Source: an uncultured Bacteroidales bacterium
GTDB taxonomy: Bacteria > Bacteroidota > Bacteroidia > Bacteroidales > VadinHA17
DNA: 64,000 nt
Assembly (NCBI GenBank): GCA_963756885.1
Contig: CAVWPG010000002.1
Span: 1,977 to 65,976 of the forward strand
Direction of reading: 5' to 3'
The notes under the pieces are model-generated. The model saw only the letters and a list, made by a program, of their open reading frames with translations. It was not told the origin of the DNA and did not search any database. Below, piece after piece: positions 1 through 9,875 of this stretch. Position 1 is the stretch's first letter; each line of letters begins with the position of its first letter. The position numbers and the translations under genes were made by a program.

Positions 1-1733
1 CCCTCCTGTGTATAAACTGAAGCTGAGCAATAACAACCTCCGGCATCAAGGTTAACAGGCAGCGTGCGGGTACCGGCATTATCGGTGAACAGCATCTTCT
101 GCATATAGTAAGAAGGGGAGGCAAAGCATGTTACTGCATCATTCCATACGATGCATGGCCCGAAATTGCCATGGCCGAGCAGACCTGCATAATTGCCATA
201 TCCTGTCCACCACATCCTTTCAGAGTTCCTCTCGCAACCAAGCATGAAGGCTGCATCGGAAAGGGCATCACCAAAGTTACCGGTTATGTTTCCTCCGTTT
301 CCCCCGATGGATGATGCGTATTCAGCAACACAGATTTTTTTGCATGCCGGATCAATTGTGTCATATTTTCTGTACAAGCCTGACAGATCCTTAAGGTAAA
401 AATGCTCGTCGACAAAATCGACTGAATTCCCGGAGGTATGGGACATCACATTATCCTGCCGAAAACCGTTGTACATTATTTTCATCCCCGGGTAATGTGC
501 CAGGATCGAGTCGTGGATCATCGCATACCTTGGATTATAGAGGTCAGCTGTTTCCCATCCGTTCTCATTCCCTATTTCAATGTATTTCAGATTGTAGGGG
601 GCGGGATGTCCGTTTCTGGCACGCTGTGCTCCCCACACGGACTGTACAGGGCCATTGCAATATTGAATCAGGTCAAGGATATCGTCTATTATTGGCTGCA
701 TCCTGTCAGTCGGACAGACTCCGTACCACTGCCTGTCCCATTCTCCCTCACTTATTCCTGAAGAGCAAGTATATACAGGTTCAGCCCCAAGGTCTTCGCA
801 AAGCTGCAGATATTCATCAAGTCCGAAGTAAAGGTCATTCTTGTACAGCCATCTCGATCTTGTCGATCCCGGTCTTTCCTCAAGGGGACCTATTGAATTC
901 TTCCAGTTCCAGCATTCGCTCATCTTGTATGACTCAGCTGTGCATCCGCCGGGAAACTGAATATATTTTAGCTTTAAGGAATCGAGCTTCGCGGCCAGAT
1001 CCGGACGGAGGCCATTGGGACGATCCTTCCAGGCCGGCGGCATGAGTGTAACGACGTCAAAATACACATCGCCCTCAGAAGAGGCATAAAGGGTGAAGCG
1101 GTTGTCGCCGCTGATCGCACCTATATTGTCAGTATACAGGTCACACGTGAAATGCTGCCAGGTCAATGCAGGCTTAAAATCCTCCGATTGTGCATATACC
1201 TTTCCAGTGCTGCTTTCAAGCCTGGCACTTATTATCCCATTGAAATTCTGACCCTTTTTTGCCCAGAAGGATAGCATGTATTTCCTGTGATTATCCAGCC
1301 GGATACCCCAGTATCCGCTGTTTGACAGGCCGACACCTCCCGGGCCTGCAGAGGTGACCTCAAGCTTAATGCAGCGCTCCTGTTTATTGTTAATCTGGCT
1401 TGTCCCGCCCGATGTCTGGCTTGAAATCTTGCCCTGTGAGCTCCCCGGTTTGATCAGTGTCCAGTTCATTATCGGATCGTTCAGCTCTTCGAACGATGGA
1501 TTGTTTATAAGCTGGGCATACAAGCCTCCCTGGAACTGGTAGTTGAATTCTTCCAGCTGCTGGCCCCTGCAGACAGGGGCAACCGTTGCGCCGGGCCGTG
1601 ACAGGTCGATTGTGCATACCGGAGCGGCGCTCTGACCCTTGAGTACAGGGGGTAGCAAAAGCAGTAAAACCAACGTGGAGATTATACGACCTGCTCCTGT
1701 AAAGATCCGTCCAATCTGGCTTTTTATTTTCAT
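1..1733 (-). CDS. alpha-L-arabinofuranosidase-like glycoside hydrolase (GH51-type), partial; C-terminus runs off the window start
   Basis: Absent from the ORF track because it is open to the window edge. My reverse-strand translation from ATG 1733-1731 gives a signal peptide MKIKSQIGRIFTGAGRIISTLVLLLLLPPVLKGQ, then GGLYAQLINNPSFEE, LKYIEIGNENGW, VDFVDEHFY and CVAEYA, which are typical GH51 motifs. I spot-checked the frame for stops only in places. The plus-strand ORFs at 193-1045 are its shadows. Confidence 0.7.
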   Translation of the reverse strand, partial: MKIKSQIGRIFTGAGRIISTLVLLLLLPPVLKGQSAAPVCTIDLSRPGATVAPVCRGQQLEEFNYQFQGGLYAQLINNPSFEELNDPIMNWTLIKPGSSQGKISSQTSGGTSQINNKQERCIKLEVTSAGPGGVGLSNSGYWGIRLDNHRKYMLSFWAKKGQNFNGIISARLESSTGKVYAQSEDFKPALTWQHFTCDLYTDNIGAISGDNRFTLYASSEGDVYFDVVTLMPPAWKDRPNGLRPDLAAKLDSLKLKYIQFPGGCTAESYKMSECWNWKNSIGPLEERPGSTRSRWLYKNDLYFGLDEYLQLCEDLGAEPVYTCSSGISEGEWDRQWYGVCPTDRMQPIIDDILDLIQYCNGPVQSVWGAQRARNGHPAPYNLKYIEIGNENGWETADLYNPRYAMIHDSILAHYPGMKIMYNGFRQDNVMSHTSGNSVDFVDEHFYLKDLSGLYRKYDTIDPACKKICVAEYASSIGGNGGNITGNFGDALSDAAFMLGCERNSERMWWTGYGNYAGLLGHGNFGPCIVWNDAVTCFASPSYYMQKMLFTDNAGTRTLPVNLDAGGCYCSASVYTQE

Positions 1734-1782
1734 ATGTTCCTTATTATTAGGTTGATCCAGCTAAGTGATATCCGGGATATAT

Positions 1783-3330
1783 TCAGTTTGCTCCCGGCCA
1801 GAGGCTGTTGATGAGCTCAACTGTCCGGTCTACAAGCAAACCTCCCCCTTCAGGGCTCACAATATCGCTCTGGATAACTGCACTGTAGCCTCCTCCCTTT
1901 ACAGCTTTTTCGGTTGGCAGATATGATCCCGGACCTGCAGCCAGTTGTATGACAAATGTCTGCAAGGCTTTGCTGCGTGCCTGGATCCTGATGCCATAGT
2001 CTGTGAACAGCTCAAACTGATTTGTACAGATTGCGACATCACCCAGCCTCAGTACGTGTATTTCTGCCCCCAGCAGAGGCCGGGGGTTTGCCTTCTGGTT
2101 CTCATAGCGCCTTACAACATCCCTGTTCCACGTCATCCGTGCAAGCTCAAACCCTGCTGCAGTTGAGTCAGCAGCCATAGCTTCGGAAGCTTCATCCCTC
2201 TGTGACCTGCTGAAATCGTATTCCTGGTCGGTGACCAGCCGCATTGGCAACTGGAGCGTTTCCACCCTGTGTTCCAGCTTGACGTTTTCATACCTGTCAT
2301 CCTTAACTGTTTCATAGGATTCTTCGACTGCCAGAACAATTCGCCTGGCGATCTCTTCAAGGTGATTAAGCTTGCGCAGTCTGATCATCCTTTCTTCAGC
2401 CTCCTTCCTGTACAATGGCCTCGGTGACTGATCCCCTGCCGCACCTATCCAGCCCAGCACACATAGGTCCGGGCCAAAGCGCTTCTTCAGCATCTCCCTC
2501 ACGGGATACCAGTAGTCCGCATTGACAGCCAGCCTGTTTTCAACTTCCTGCGCCGGACATGGAACATTTATCGCCATTGCAGTCAGCTTGCCTCTCATAT
2601 CCCAGAAGAAAAGTGTATTGACATCGTGATCTTCCATCCCTTCGAGATTCAAAAATTCCGGCAGCCCGGTTGCACCATACATCTGTGCTGTTCCTGCCCC
2701 CATGCTGCCCTGAGCCATCTCCTTTGAATAAACCGCTCTCCTGTTGTAGGCAACTGCTGCATGACCAAGCCCCCAGGTAACGCTCCCCTTAGACCTGGTC
2801 CGCCATGCCCTGGCTATTGCCTCAGATATCCTGCTTACAAAAAACCTGTCATAATCATCGACCTGCAATACCCCTTTCTCAGGGATCTGGTATCTGAAGG
2901 AGCAGTCAAGGCCATTTTCAAGTACCGGAGCCGTATGGGTGTGGATAGCTGTAAGGAATATTTTTATTGTATCTATCTCAGGTGCAGCTTTATGCACCTC
3001 TGCCCGGATCATTGCAAGAAGCTTTTCGGGGATCTCAACCACATCGCATGAGACCATAATTGCCATATCGGCGGAGGCGTTACCCTCGCGCGACTCAAGG
3101 GCAATGACACTGGCAGAAAGGGGAGTTTCAACAGTGTCCGCAATGCGGAGATTGAACTGCCCCACGAGAGCAACAGGCAATTTTGGGGTAATATCCGCAA
3201 CAGCAGTACCTACAAGCAATTGTGACGCGTAAAGGGAGGAACTGATCTGAAAGATCGTCATAAGGAGAAGAGAGGATATTCCCATTGCATATCTCCTGTA
3301 ACGCCGGGGTGAATTAGTTTCTTCATTCAT
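1783..3330 (-). CDS. neutral/alkaline ceramidase-like N-terminal-domain hydrolase, secreted
   Basis: 515-aa ORF. The hydrophobic N-terminus, GTAVADITP...VGQ and the AIHTHTAP motif resemble the neutral ceramidase N-terminal family. ATGA start/stop overlap with the upstream gene at 3327-3330. Confidence 0.6.
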   Translation of the reverse strand: MNEETNSPRRYRRYAMGISSLLLMTIFQISSSLYASQLLVGTAVADITPKLPVALVGQFNLRIADTVETPLSASVIALESREGNASADMAIMVSCDVVEIPEKLLAMIRAEVHKAAPEIDTIKIFLTAIHTHTAPVLENGLDCSFRYQIPEKGVLQVDDYDRFFVSRISEAIARAWRTRSKGSVTWGLGHAAVAYNRRAVYSKEMAQGSMGAGTAQMYGATGLPEFLNLEGMEDHDVNTLFFWDMRGKLTAMAINVPCPAQEVENRLAVNADYWYPVREMLKKRFGPDLCVLGWIGAAGDQSPRPLYRKEAEERMIRLRKLNHLEEIARRIVLAVEESYETVKDDRYENVKLEHRVETLQLPMRLVTDQEYDFSRSQRDEASEAMAADSTAAGFELARMTWNRDVVRRYENQKANPRPLLGAEIHVLRLGDVAICTNQFELFTDYGIRIQARSKALQTFVIQLAAGPGSYLPTEKAVKGGGYSAVIQSDIVSPEGGGLLVDRTVELINSLWPGAN

Positions 3331-6300
3331 AGCATTGACTTTCTGTTTAACCTTATTATCTTAAGAGGCCCCGTCAGACCGGAAGGCTTCAGTGGCTTGT
3401 CCTTGTCAAGAAAATCGGTTATCGGGGATGATGTAAAAAGATTCTGCACCTTTCCGTACTGGATGAAATCGCCGATGAACCTGTTCCTGTATACATTCGC
3501 CACATCAACAACAAGAGTATTGCTGCCCTTTAGTGAACGGGTTATGTCGAGCATTGTACCTGGTTCCCAGATTTTCCCAAGCTCTGTTCCATTTAGCGAA
3601 ACGTCAGCCACAGCATTGAAATATCCCATATTCAGGAACACGCTCCCCCTGCCATCAACAAAATTGTCCGGCACCTCGAAATTTATAGTATAGACAGCAT
3701 TTCCTGCAAAAAAGCGGATATCAGGGTTATCGTAAGCAGAAAGTGGCTTTAATGCGGATATGTCGACCGATGGAACAGAGGCAGGATATCCTGCCCTGAA
3801 TTGTATGGAACCGCTGAAGCCGGTCAGTTCCAGCACCTGAGGCGCTTCATATTTATCCGTATGACTCTTGCCTCCATGGGTTGTAAATTCATATTCTCCT
3901 GATGACATGACGGTTACCTCCTTCCCATTCTTCCCGGCAGTTATAACGGGGACTTCTGAGTCCTCTTCGCCGACTGCAGCGGGAAATATCTGCTTCCCAT
4001 CCTTTCGGACAGCATCGATATAATCTGCTGCGATTCGCGACCTGAAGACAAACATGACTGACTGGAAAGGCTTAAATTCAAATGGGAGCCTTAAGATCCC
4101 CTTGTCAGTCTTGAAGATCATTGGCTGTATTATTTTACCAGTTTCAGGGTCCCATATTTCAGGTGTTTTATCCCCAACCCTGAATAGGCATTCCCTGTTA
4201 ACAACACTATCCAGCTGATTGGCAACAAAGTAGATATCCGTATCACCCATTTTCTTATGAATGAACTGGAATGTATTGTGCTCGTGCCGGTTGGTAAAGA
4301 AATCCGGACCAAGCCCGATCTCTTCGAATACCCGATCCAAAGGCATGCCCCAGAATACCTTTCCCTTGCCATAGTTGTTTTGGGTCGTTGTTTTGCCGTC
4401 GACCTTGCCCCAGATCCTGTCAGCCAGATCATGGAAGGCTGCCTTATTTTCTGTCAGGTCGCCCCTCGAAAGGGTTGAAACCGGTTTCGGTCCATAAACC
4501 ACAGCGCCTTCATTTACAAGGTTACCGATCAGTTTCAGCGTTTCATAATCCATATATGGAAATTCAGGAAGTCTCAGCAACGAATAGTCGCATGAACCAT
4601 TGAGCCTTAGCTTCCCATCCCTGACTGCAACCCTGTTTTTGAGAATATCGAAGTTGCATGCATTCAGCTGGTAACCGAAAGGGAGGGTTGTCGATTCTTT
4701 CTCAACAAAGAACTGAGGCAACTGATCGCCAAGGTAATAGAGCACATCCGGAGATACAGATCCTTTCTGAAGCAGGTATTGAATACGCGACTGGAAGTCG
4801 AACCATCCGGAAATATATTGCCAGTAGAGGTTATTCCTGTTAAAATGGGAAGCAAACTGCCCGAGTGTCATGCCCGGCTTCCTGTCGGTCGGCTGATGAA
4901 CATAGCTGTGCAGTATCATCTGGTTGATGCCTGAACAGAAAGCCCTGTCGCCGAAGGGTTTCAATTCCCATGGTGATTCGCTGTAATGTGCAGAACCTGT
5001 ATAAGCTTCCGAACCCAGGATCCCCTTGTCGTATCCTGTTACGGCACATGCCGGCATATTGAATTCCGGACCGGCTTTCGGCTCATACCTGACAAAATTA
5101 TTCCGGTCGGTCGATGACCAGAATTCATACATTGGCAGATCGACACAGCGGGTCGACTTCAGGATATCGAGAGGAGGATAAGAGCCATTGCCATATATCA
5201 CCTCGGCATGCATCTCAACCCTGTTCCTATGGCAAAGCTCGCTGAAGCACTCATAGTAATTCTGTTCAATAAGGTCTGCAATTGTTTTCCTGAAATCGTA
5301 AAGCACGGCTTCCGACTCCCCGGGTGAGTTCAATATCTCCCCGCAAAGGACAGGAAGGTAGGGGATCAGGCTATAGCCCCTGCGCTTTTCGAATTCCGAC
5401 GGAAAAGCAGCTGTCCAGTTCTGGAAAGCACATTCCCAGCTATCGATAAGTATAAATCTGAATGTATTGCCTGCATATTTTCCGGCGTGGTCAATCAATT
5501 TTTGTGGAAAGCTCCTGAAATGGAGCCCCATGGCAGCAGTATCCATCTTATCGCATTCCAGGCCCACTCCTTCCCTTGTAGCCGGGGAATTGGTGGCTCC
5601 GGTAGTGGTGTAGCCAAACCTAAGCACTGTCCAGCTTCCCGCTGGTGCATCCCACTGAAGCATCCCGTCGGGTGACATTTTGCCGGTAAGTTCTATGACT
5701 TGCTGTGAGGAGGGGAAATCCTTCCCGCTTCCGGAAGTGTAGAAAAGCTCCTCAGTCTCCGATGTTACCGAAGCGGTTTTCTCAGAGATGTAAGGTATGG
5801 ATGGGGAGAAGGATGCCTTTTCATTGTCTCTCAGCAGCCCTAGCTCTGATAGCTGCACGGGCGACTCATCGCGCCCATCCCCGTAACTGTCAAGGCTCAG
5901 GCGCGCAAAGCGGGCTGCAGTAAGGGGAACATCGACATATTCAGTTTTGTTGAGACCTTTAATACTGAAGCCCGATACTTTACGATATTCTTTGCCATTC
6001 TCTGATACGGAGAATGTATACGACGTCACAAAATCATTTGTATTGCCCCACATGAAGCTCCGATGGGGATATATTGCTATTTTATTGAATGTAAGCGGTT
6101 TTTGCAGAGAGATATCGAGGTAGTCGCCAGCCTTCATATCTGGTCCGCTGACCGGATTGCCATCGGTTACATAGGAGGCATCAGCCGTGTCGTTCAGCAT
6201 AACAACCGGCGATGATTGCAGGAACAGAGCTGGCTTTTCATCCGATCTGTATGCAACGAGTGCAACATCCCTGTAGAAATTATCAAGGCTGTAGGGCTTT

Positions 6301-6785
6301 CTCAGTTTTATACTGATATTCCGGCCACCCTCGACAATTGCCTTGGTCCAGACGAATTGCTTCATCGACATTTCCGGGGTTATCCACGGGCCTCCGCTGG
6401 AGCTCCAGCCATCGCAGTTGTGGGCACCTATCCTGATGCCAAGCCTGTCAGCCTCCTGCAGCGCCCAGCTGAACATTCCGAACCACTCGTCGGTACCGAA
6501 TTTTACTTTTTTGACTCCAAAATCACGGTCATCGAATAGTCCAACATTCAGTATAGTCGCCTGAACAATACCCTGGGCCTTCATGGCTTCAAGGTCTTTT
6601 GTAATCCCCTCTTTTGTGATATTGCCATCGAGCCAGTGCCACCATGTGTTGATTTTCGCACTCACGGGCGGATTCTGAAAGTCCCTGGCTGTCAGCTCCC
6701 CTCCTGGCTTTTGAGGTGCACAGGACATGCAAATTAAATACAGCAGGGATAGCCCTGACAGGATAAGAATAGTTCTTATTCGCAT
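3327..6785 (-). CDS. large secreted glycoside hydrolase, GH106-like (rhamnosidase-type N-terminus) with a discoidin (F5/8 type C)-like domain
   Basis: 1152-aa ORF with a signal peptide. The N-terminus FQNPPVSAKINTWWHWLDGNITKEGITKDLEAMKAQGI is typical of GH106-like Bacteroidota enzymes. An internal VTDGNP...IAIYP segment is discoidin-like, and the C-terminus is a beta-sandwich. The family assignment comes from memory of motifs, not from a search. Confidence 0.55.
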   Translation of the reverse strand: MRIRTILILSGLSLLYLICMSCAPQKPGGELTARDFQNPPVSAKINTWWHWLDGNITKEGITKDLEAMKAQGIVQATILNVGLFDDRDFGVKKVKFGTDEWFGMFSWALQEADRLGIRIGAHNCDGWSSSGGPWITPEMSMKQFVWTKAIVEGGRNISIKLRKPYSLDNFYRDVALVAYRSDEKPALFLQSSPVVMLNDTADASYVTDGNPVSGPDMKAGDYLDISLQKPLTFNKIAIYPHRSFMWGNTNDFVTSYTFSVSENGKEYRKVSGFSIKGLNKTEYVDVPLTAARFARLSLDSYGDGRDESPVQLSELGLLRDNEKASFSPSIPYISEKTASVTSETEELFYTSGSGKDFPSSQQVIELTGKMSPDGMLQWDAPAGSWTVLRFGYTTTGATNSPATREGVGLECDKMDTAAMGLHFRSFPQKLIDHAGKYAGNTFRFILIDSWECAFQNWTAAFPSEFEKRRGYSLIPYLPVLCGEILNSPGESEAVLYDFRKTIADLIEQNYYECFSELCHRNRVEMHAEVIYGNGSYPPLDILKSTRCVDLPMYEFWSSTDRNNFVRYEPKAGPEFNMPACAVTGYDKGILGSEAYTGSAHYSESPWELKPFGDRAFCSGINQMILHSYVHQPTDRKPGMTLGQFASHFNRNNLYWQYISGWFDFQSRIQYLLQKGSVSPDVLYYLGDQLPQFFVEKESTTLPFGYQLNACNFDILKNRVAVRDGKLRLNGSCDYSLLRLPEFPYMDYETLKLIGNLVNEGAVVYGPKPVSTLSRGDLTENKAAFHDLADRIWGKVDGKTTTQNNYGKGKVFWGMPLDRVFEEIGLGPDFFTNRHEHNTFQFIHKKMGDTDIYFVANQLDSVVNRECLFRVGDKTPEIWDPETGKIIQPMIFKTDKGILRLPFEFKPFQSVMFVFRSRIAADYIDAVRKDGKQIFPAAVGEEDSEVPVITAGKNGKEVTVMSSGEYEFTTHGGKSHTDKYEAPQVLELTGFSGSIQFRAGYPASVPSVDISALKPLSAYDNPDIRFFAGNAVYTINFEVPDNFVDGRGSVFLNMGYFNAVADVSLNGTELGKIWEPGTMLDITRSLKGSNTLVVDVANVYRNRFIGDFIQYGKVQNLFTSSPITDFLDKDKPLKPSGLTGPLKIIRLNRKSML

Positions 6786-6865
6786 AGATGAAAGGTATAT
6801 AAGTTAACAGAAAACTGTCACAATTGCACATTATGAGAACCTTTCCCTGCGATGACCGAAGGCTG

Positions 6866-7945
6866 CTATTTTTCTGCCAGCTTATACCACCTGACAGCAT
6901 TCCCGCTGTAGATCTTTCTTACAACCTCTTTCGGCAATTGCAATCCCTCAAACTCTCCCCTGAAAGACCGTGAGGTCATCTTATCATTTGTAGTGAAATA
7001 TTTCCAGTCATCAAGCCATGTATTATGGACAGTCGCCGACAGCTCAGCATCGCTCCCTTCCCCAAGATCGGAAAGATCAGTGCCATACAGCAGCCGGTCC
7101 TGGTATTTTATGCAGAAATCCCTTACCCTTTTGCGATCCCTGGCCGACTGATACTCAAGATGGCAGATCCTTGCAGCCATATCAACAGCCATATTCGGAA
7201 ACTTGTCGAGCCTTTTTGCAAGCTCGTCAACATTCCACTCCAGGCTGCCCAGATGACAACCTACAAAGATAAGGTCGGGATGCTTTTCAAGCATATGGTC
7301 CCTGGCATTGATCTGATCCTCATAGGAGGGATATTCAGGATGAAGGAACATGTGATACTGCGGATGTTCGGCAAAATAGCTGCTGTCGCCGCTTACAGTC
7401 ATCTCGCTTAGCGGAAGCCAGCAGTTGCGGGGCTCACCAAGGTGTCCCGTTATTGGCAGATTCTTGCTAACGATAAAGTTAATGACCGGATCGAGAGCCG
7501 GATCGTCCACCATGATAAACCTGCCATTCCTGTCGCGCTCAGTCATCCCGATATTCTTCCAGATCTTTACCGATACTGCTCCTCCTGCTATATTATCAGC
7601 CAGGTGGTCAATTACCTTCCTGCTCCAGGCTTCGGTACCGAAACCGGTTGTATCGAAGTAAAATGTTGCTGCATAAAAAACAGTCCCCGGGTATTTTTTT
7701 ACTGAACTCAGAGCCTGGTCATGCTGCATCTTCACAGCAGCCGAATCGGAATGGTCGACATTAATCGTAAGCAGCCTGAAATTATCCTTTATCGCCTGAT
7801 TTTCGAGAATACCCTTATCGGTGTCTATATGTGCATGCGAATCGATCTTCGGCACCGAATGAAAATCATCCATTGTAAAAAAATCGTTCCTGCACCCTGC
7901 CAGTAAAAGGGTCGCACAAATTATCGCAACTATGCTGTTCTTCAT
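6866..7945 (-). CDS. amidohydrolase-fold (metal-dependent TIM-barrel) hydrolase, lipoprotein
   Basis: The ORF track gives 6866-8017. The internal start MKNSIVAIICATLLLAGC (lipobox) at 7945 is more plausible. Contains the HAHID metal-binding motif and amidohydrolase-2-like features. Confidence 0.7.
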   Translation of the reverse strand: MKNSIVAIICATLLLAGCRNDFFTMDDFHSVPKIDSHAHIDTDKGILENQAIKDNFRLLTINVDHSDSAAVKMQHDQALSSVKKYPGTVFYAATFYFDTTGFGTEAWSRKVIDHLADNIAGGAVSVKIWKNIGMTERDRNGRFIMVDDPALDPVINFIVSKNLPITGHLGEPRNCWLPLSEMTVSGDSSYFAEHPQYHMFLHPEYPSYEDQINARDHMLEKHPDLIFVGCHLGSLEWNVDELAKRLDKFPNMAVDMAARICHLEYQSARDRKRVRDFCIKYQDRLLYGTDLSDLGEGSDAELSATVHNTWLDDWKYFTTNDKMTSRSFRGEFEGLQLPKEVVRKIYSGNAVRWYKLAEK

Positions 7946-8123
7946 TCTTTTAACGGATTTAAACTTATTCTTAAAATCAAATTTGTCTTCCAGGTATTCA
8001 AATAACCGCAGGGACACAGAGCGCCGGTAATTGCCGGATCTCCGTGGCCCGCACGGTCAGGTGATTTTATTATATACGGATTCTATTTACTGCTTGTTCA
8101 AATATCGAAGATTCAGCAAAAAA

Positions 8124-8996
8124 CTATTTTGGCATTACAACGAATGGCTGAGCGTTAAGCCAGTCAATGCTCTTCTTGCAGCTTGTATACTCATCAAAGT
8201 TATATTCTTCAACCTCAACTATACCGTACTGCAAACCCGATTTGGCTGCATTCTCCCAGTATGCCTTGAAATCCATCATGCCGCTTGCCCCAACTTCCTC
8301 CTTATCCTTTATATGCCATAGTTCGAACCTGCCCGGATATTTATTGAAATAATCTACAGGATTAGCTCCTCCCATTACTGTCCAGTAGAGATCCATCTCG
8401 AATGTGACCTTGGCAGGGTCCATATTTGCAAGCATGAAATCGTATACAGTCTGGCCGTCAAGCTTTGTCGAGAATTCCATGTTGTGGTTATGATATCCGA
8501 AGCGGATCCCCTTTGCCTTGCATTTTTCTCCGATCGTATTGAAATAATCACAGTACATCTTCAGTGTATCCAGGCTTGTATATGCACCACTGCCCATGAA
8601 AGGCTGGACAAGATACAGGACACCCATCGAAGCATGAGCATCAATACAAGCATCCCACCAGGCCATTGTGGCTGCCATGTTGGCCGAATCGGGCAGAGCC
8701 TGTCCCACATGGGCGCTTAAAACCTTTAAACCATTTGATTCGCAAAGAGCTTTAAATGCAACCGGTTCCATGCCATAAACCTTCCCATCACTGTAACCTG
8801 CCGGTTCAACGAACTTGTATCCCATCTTAGCCACTTTGGCTATTGCACCTGGTACATCCCTGCCGATTGAATCGCGTATAGAATAGAGCTGCAGGCCGAT
8901 ATTCTTACCCGGGGCTTTGCATGAATTTAAGGCTGGTAACAGTAATCCTGCCATAATAATTAACAATACAATTGTAAAAAAGCTTCTTTTTTTCAT
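8124..8996 (-). CDS. sugar phosphate isomerase/epimerase (xylose isomerase-like TIM barrel), lipoprotein
   Basis: 290-aa ORF with signal plus lipobox LLLPALNSC. The body has IGLQLYSIRD, FGYHNH and WHIKD, typical of the AP endonuclease 2 / xylose-isomerase-like family. Confidence 0.75.
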   Translation of the reverse strand: MKKRSFFTIVLLIIMAGLLLPALNSCKAPGKNIGLQLYSIRDSIGRDVPGAIAKVAKMGYKFVEPAGYSDGKVYGMEPVAFKALCESNGLKVLSAHVGQALPDSANMAATMAWWDACIDAHASMGVLYLVQPFMGSGAYTSLDTLKMYCDYFNTIGEKCKAKGIRFGYHNHNMEFSTKLDGQTVYDFMLANMDPAKVTFEMDLYWTVMGGANPVDYFNKYPGRFELWHIKDKEEVGASGMMDFKAYWENAAKSGLQYGIVEVEEYNFDEYTSCKKSIDWLNAQPFVVMPK

Positions 8997-9037
8997 TTTG
9001 ATCAGGTTTTTAAAATTTTTTCTAAGATAGCAATAAT

Positions 9038-9875
9038 TTATATTCCCAGGATTCTTTTTGCATTCCCGCCCCTCAAAAGAGCCTTAACCGAACCGTCTGC
9101 CTCCTCATCCGTCATCGATTCAATCCGCAGTCGTCCGGTTACATAATCAAGTATGGGAGAGTGTGTTCCGAAGGCAAATTTGTCCGTACCAAACCTCTTC
9201 AGCAATTCTGCAAGTGTATTCTCTCCCCTGATCTCTCTGCCTGAAGTATCAAACAGGATGTCGGTCTTCCTTAAAAGTGTAAGCTCTTCATCATTCAGAT
9301 CCAGGCTGTTGGCAAGGTTTACTATTATATATTTTGCGTCCGGAACCGCCCTGATAACCGGCAATATATTCCTGAGGTTCCACTCCTCCGAAAATGATAT
9401 CCTTTTTTACAGGAGAATTATAATCGAAAAGTGGTATATCGAGCCACGACCGCTGCCTGCTGTCGACCATGCGCATATCGAAGGCAACGGGCAGGCCGCG
9501 GTCGCGGGCCATCCTGACCAGCTCTGCGAGGGCCGGATCTGTCATCCCATAATCGTGATACTGCGGATAGAGCCTGATCCCCTTCATTCCCATTGAGGAT
9601 ATGCAGACTTCGAGATCATCCTTCCATCCTGCATAGATCGGATTGATAACAGCAAAGGGGATCAGCCTGGTGCCGAACTTTTTATCCGACATGAGCTCAT
9701 TGCGGAGCTCTTCATTGGCCGACTGCGTATTTTTATAGAATATGCCGTTGATGTTGCTGACAACCGACATGTCGACGCCAAAGCAGTCCATCCTGTCAAC
9801 GAGCAGGGAACAGGTATTATACTGCAGCTGCTTGAAAGGCCAGTGCCCTACATATGTATTTATATCAACCACCAT
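9038..9875 (-). pseudogene. amidohydrolase-fold hydrolase interrupted by a 1-nt frameshift in an A6 (plus-strand T6) run at 9403-9408
   Basis: ORFs 9291-9875 and 9038-9364 are the N- and C-terminal halves of one amidohydrolase (MVVDINTYVGHWPF ... GTHSPILD). The second frame is open upstream as far as the homopolymer (KRISFSEEWNLRNILPVIRAVPDAKYIIVN). Confidence 0.7.

Noticed and set aside
6866-8017. N-terminal extensions given by the ORF track for several genes (6866-8017, 9865-10875, 62178-62801, 26576, 19961, 34264)
   Set aside because: Internal ATG starts give canonical signal peptides or conserved N-termini. The extensions start at TTG or at upstream ATGs and run into terminators or repeat blocks.
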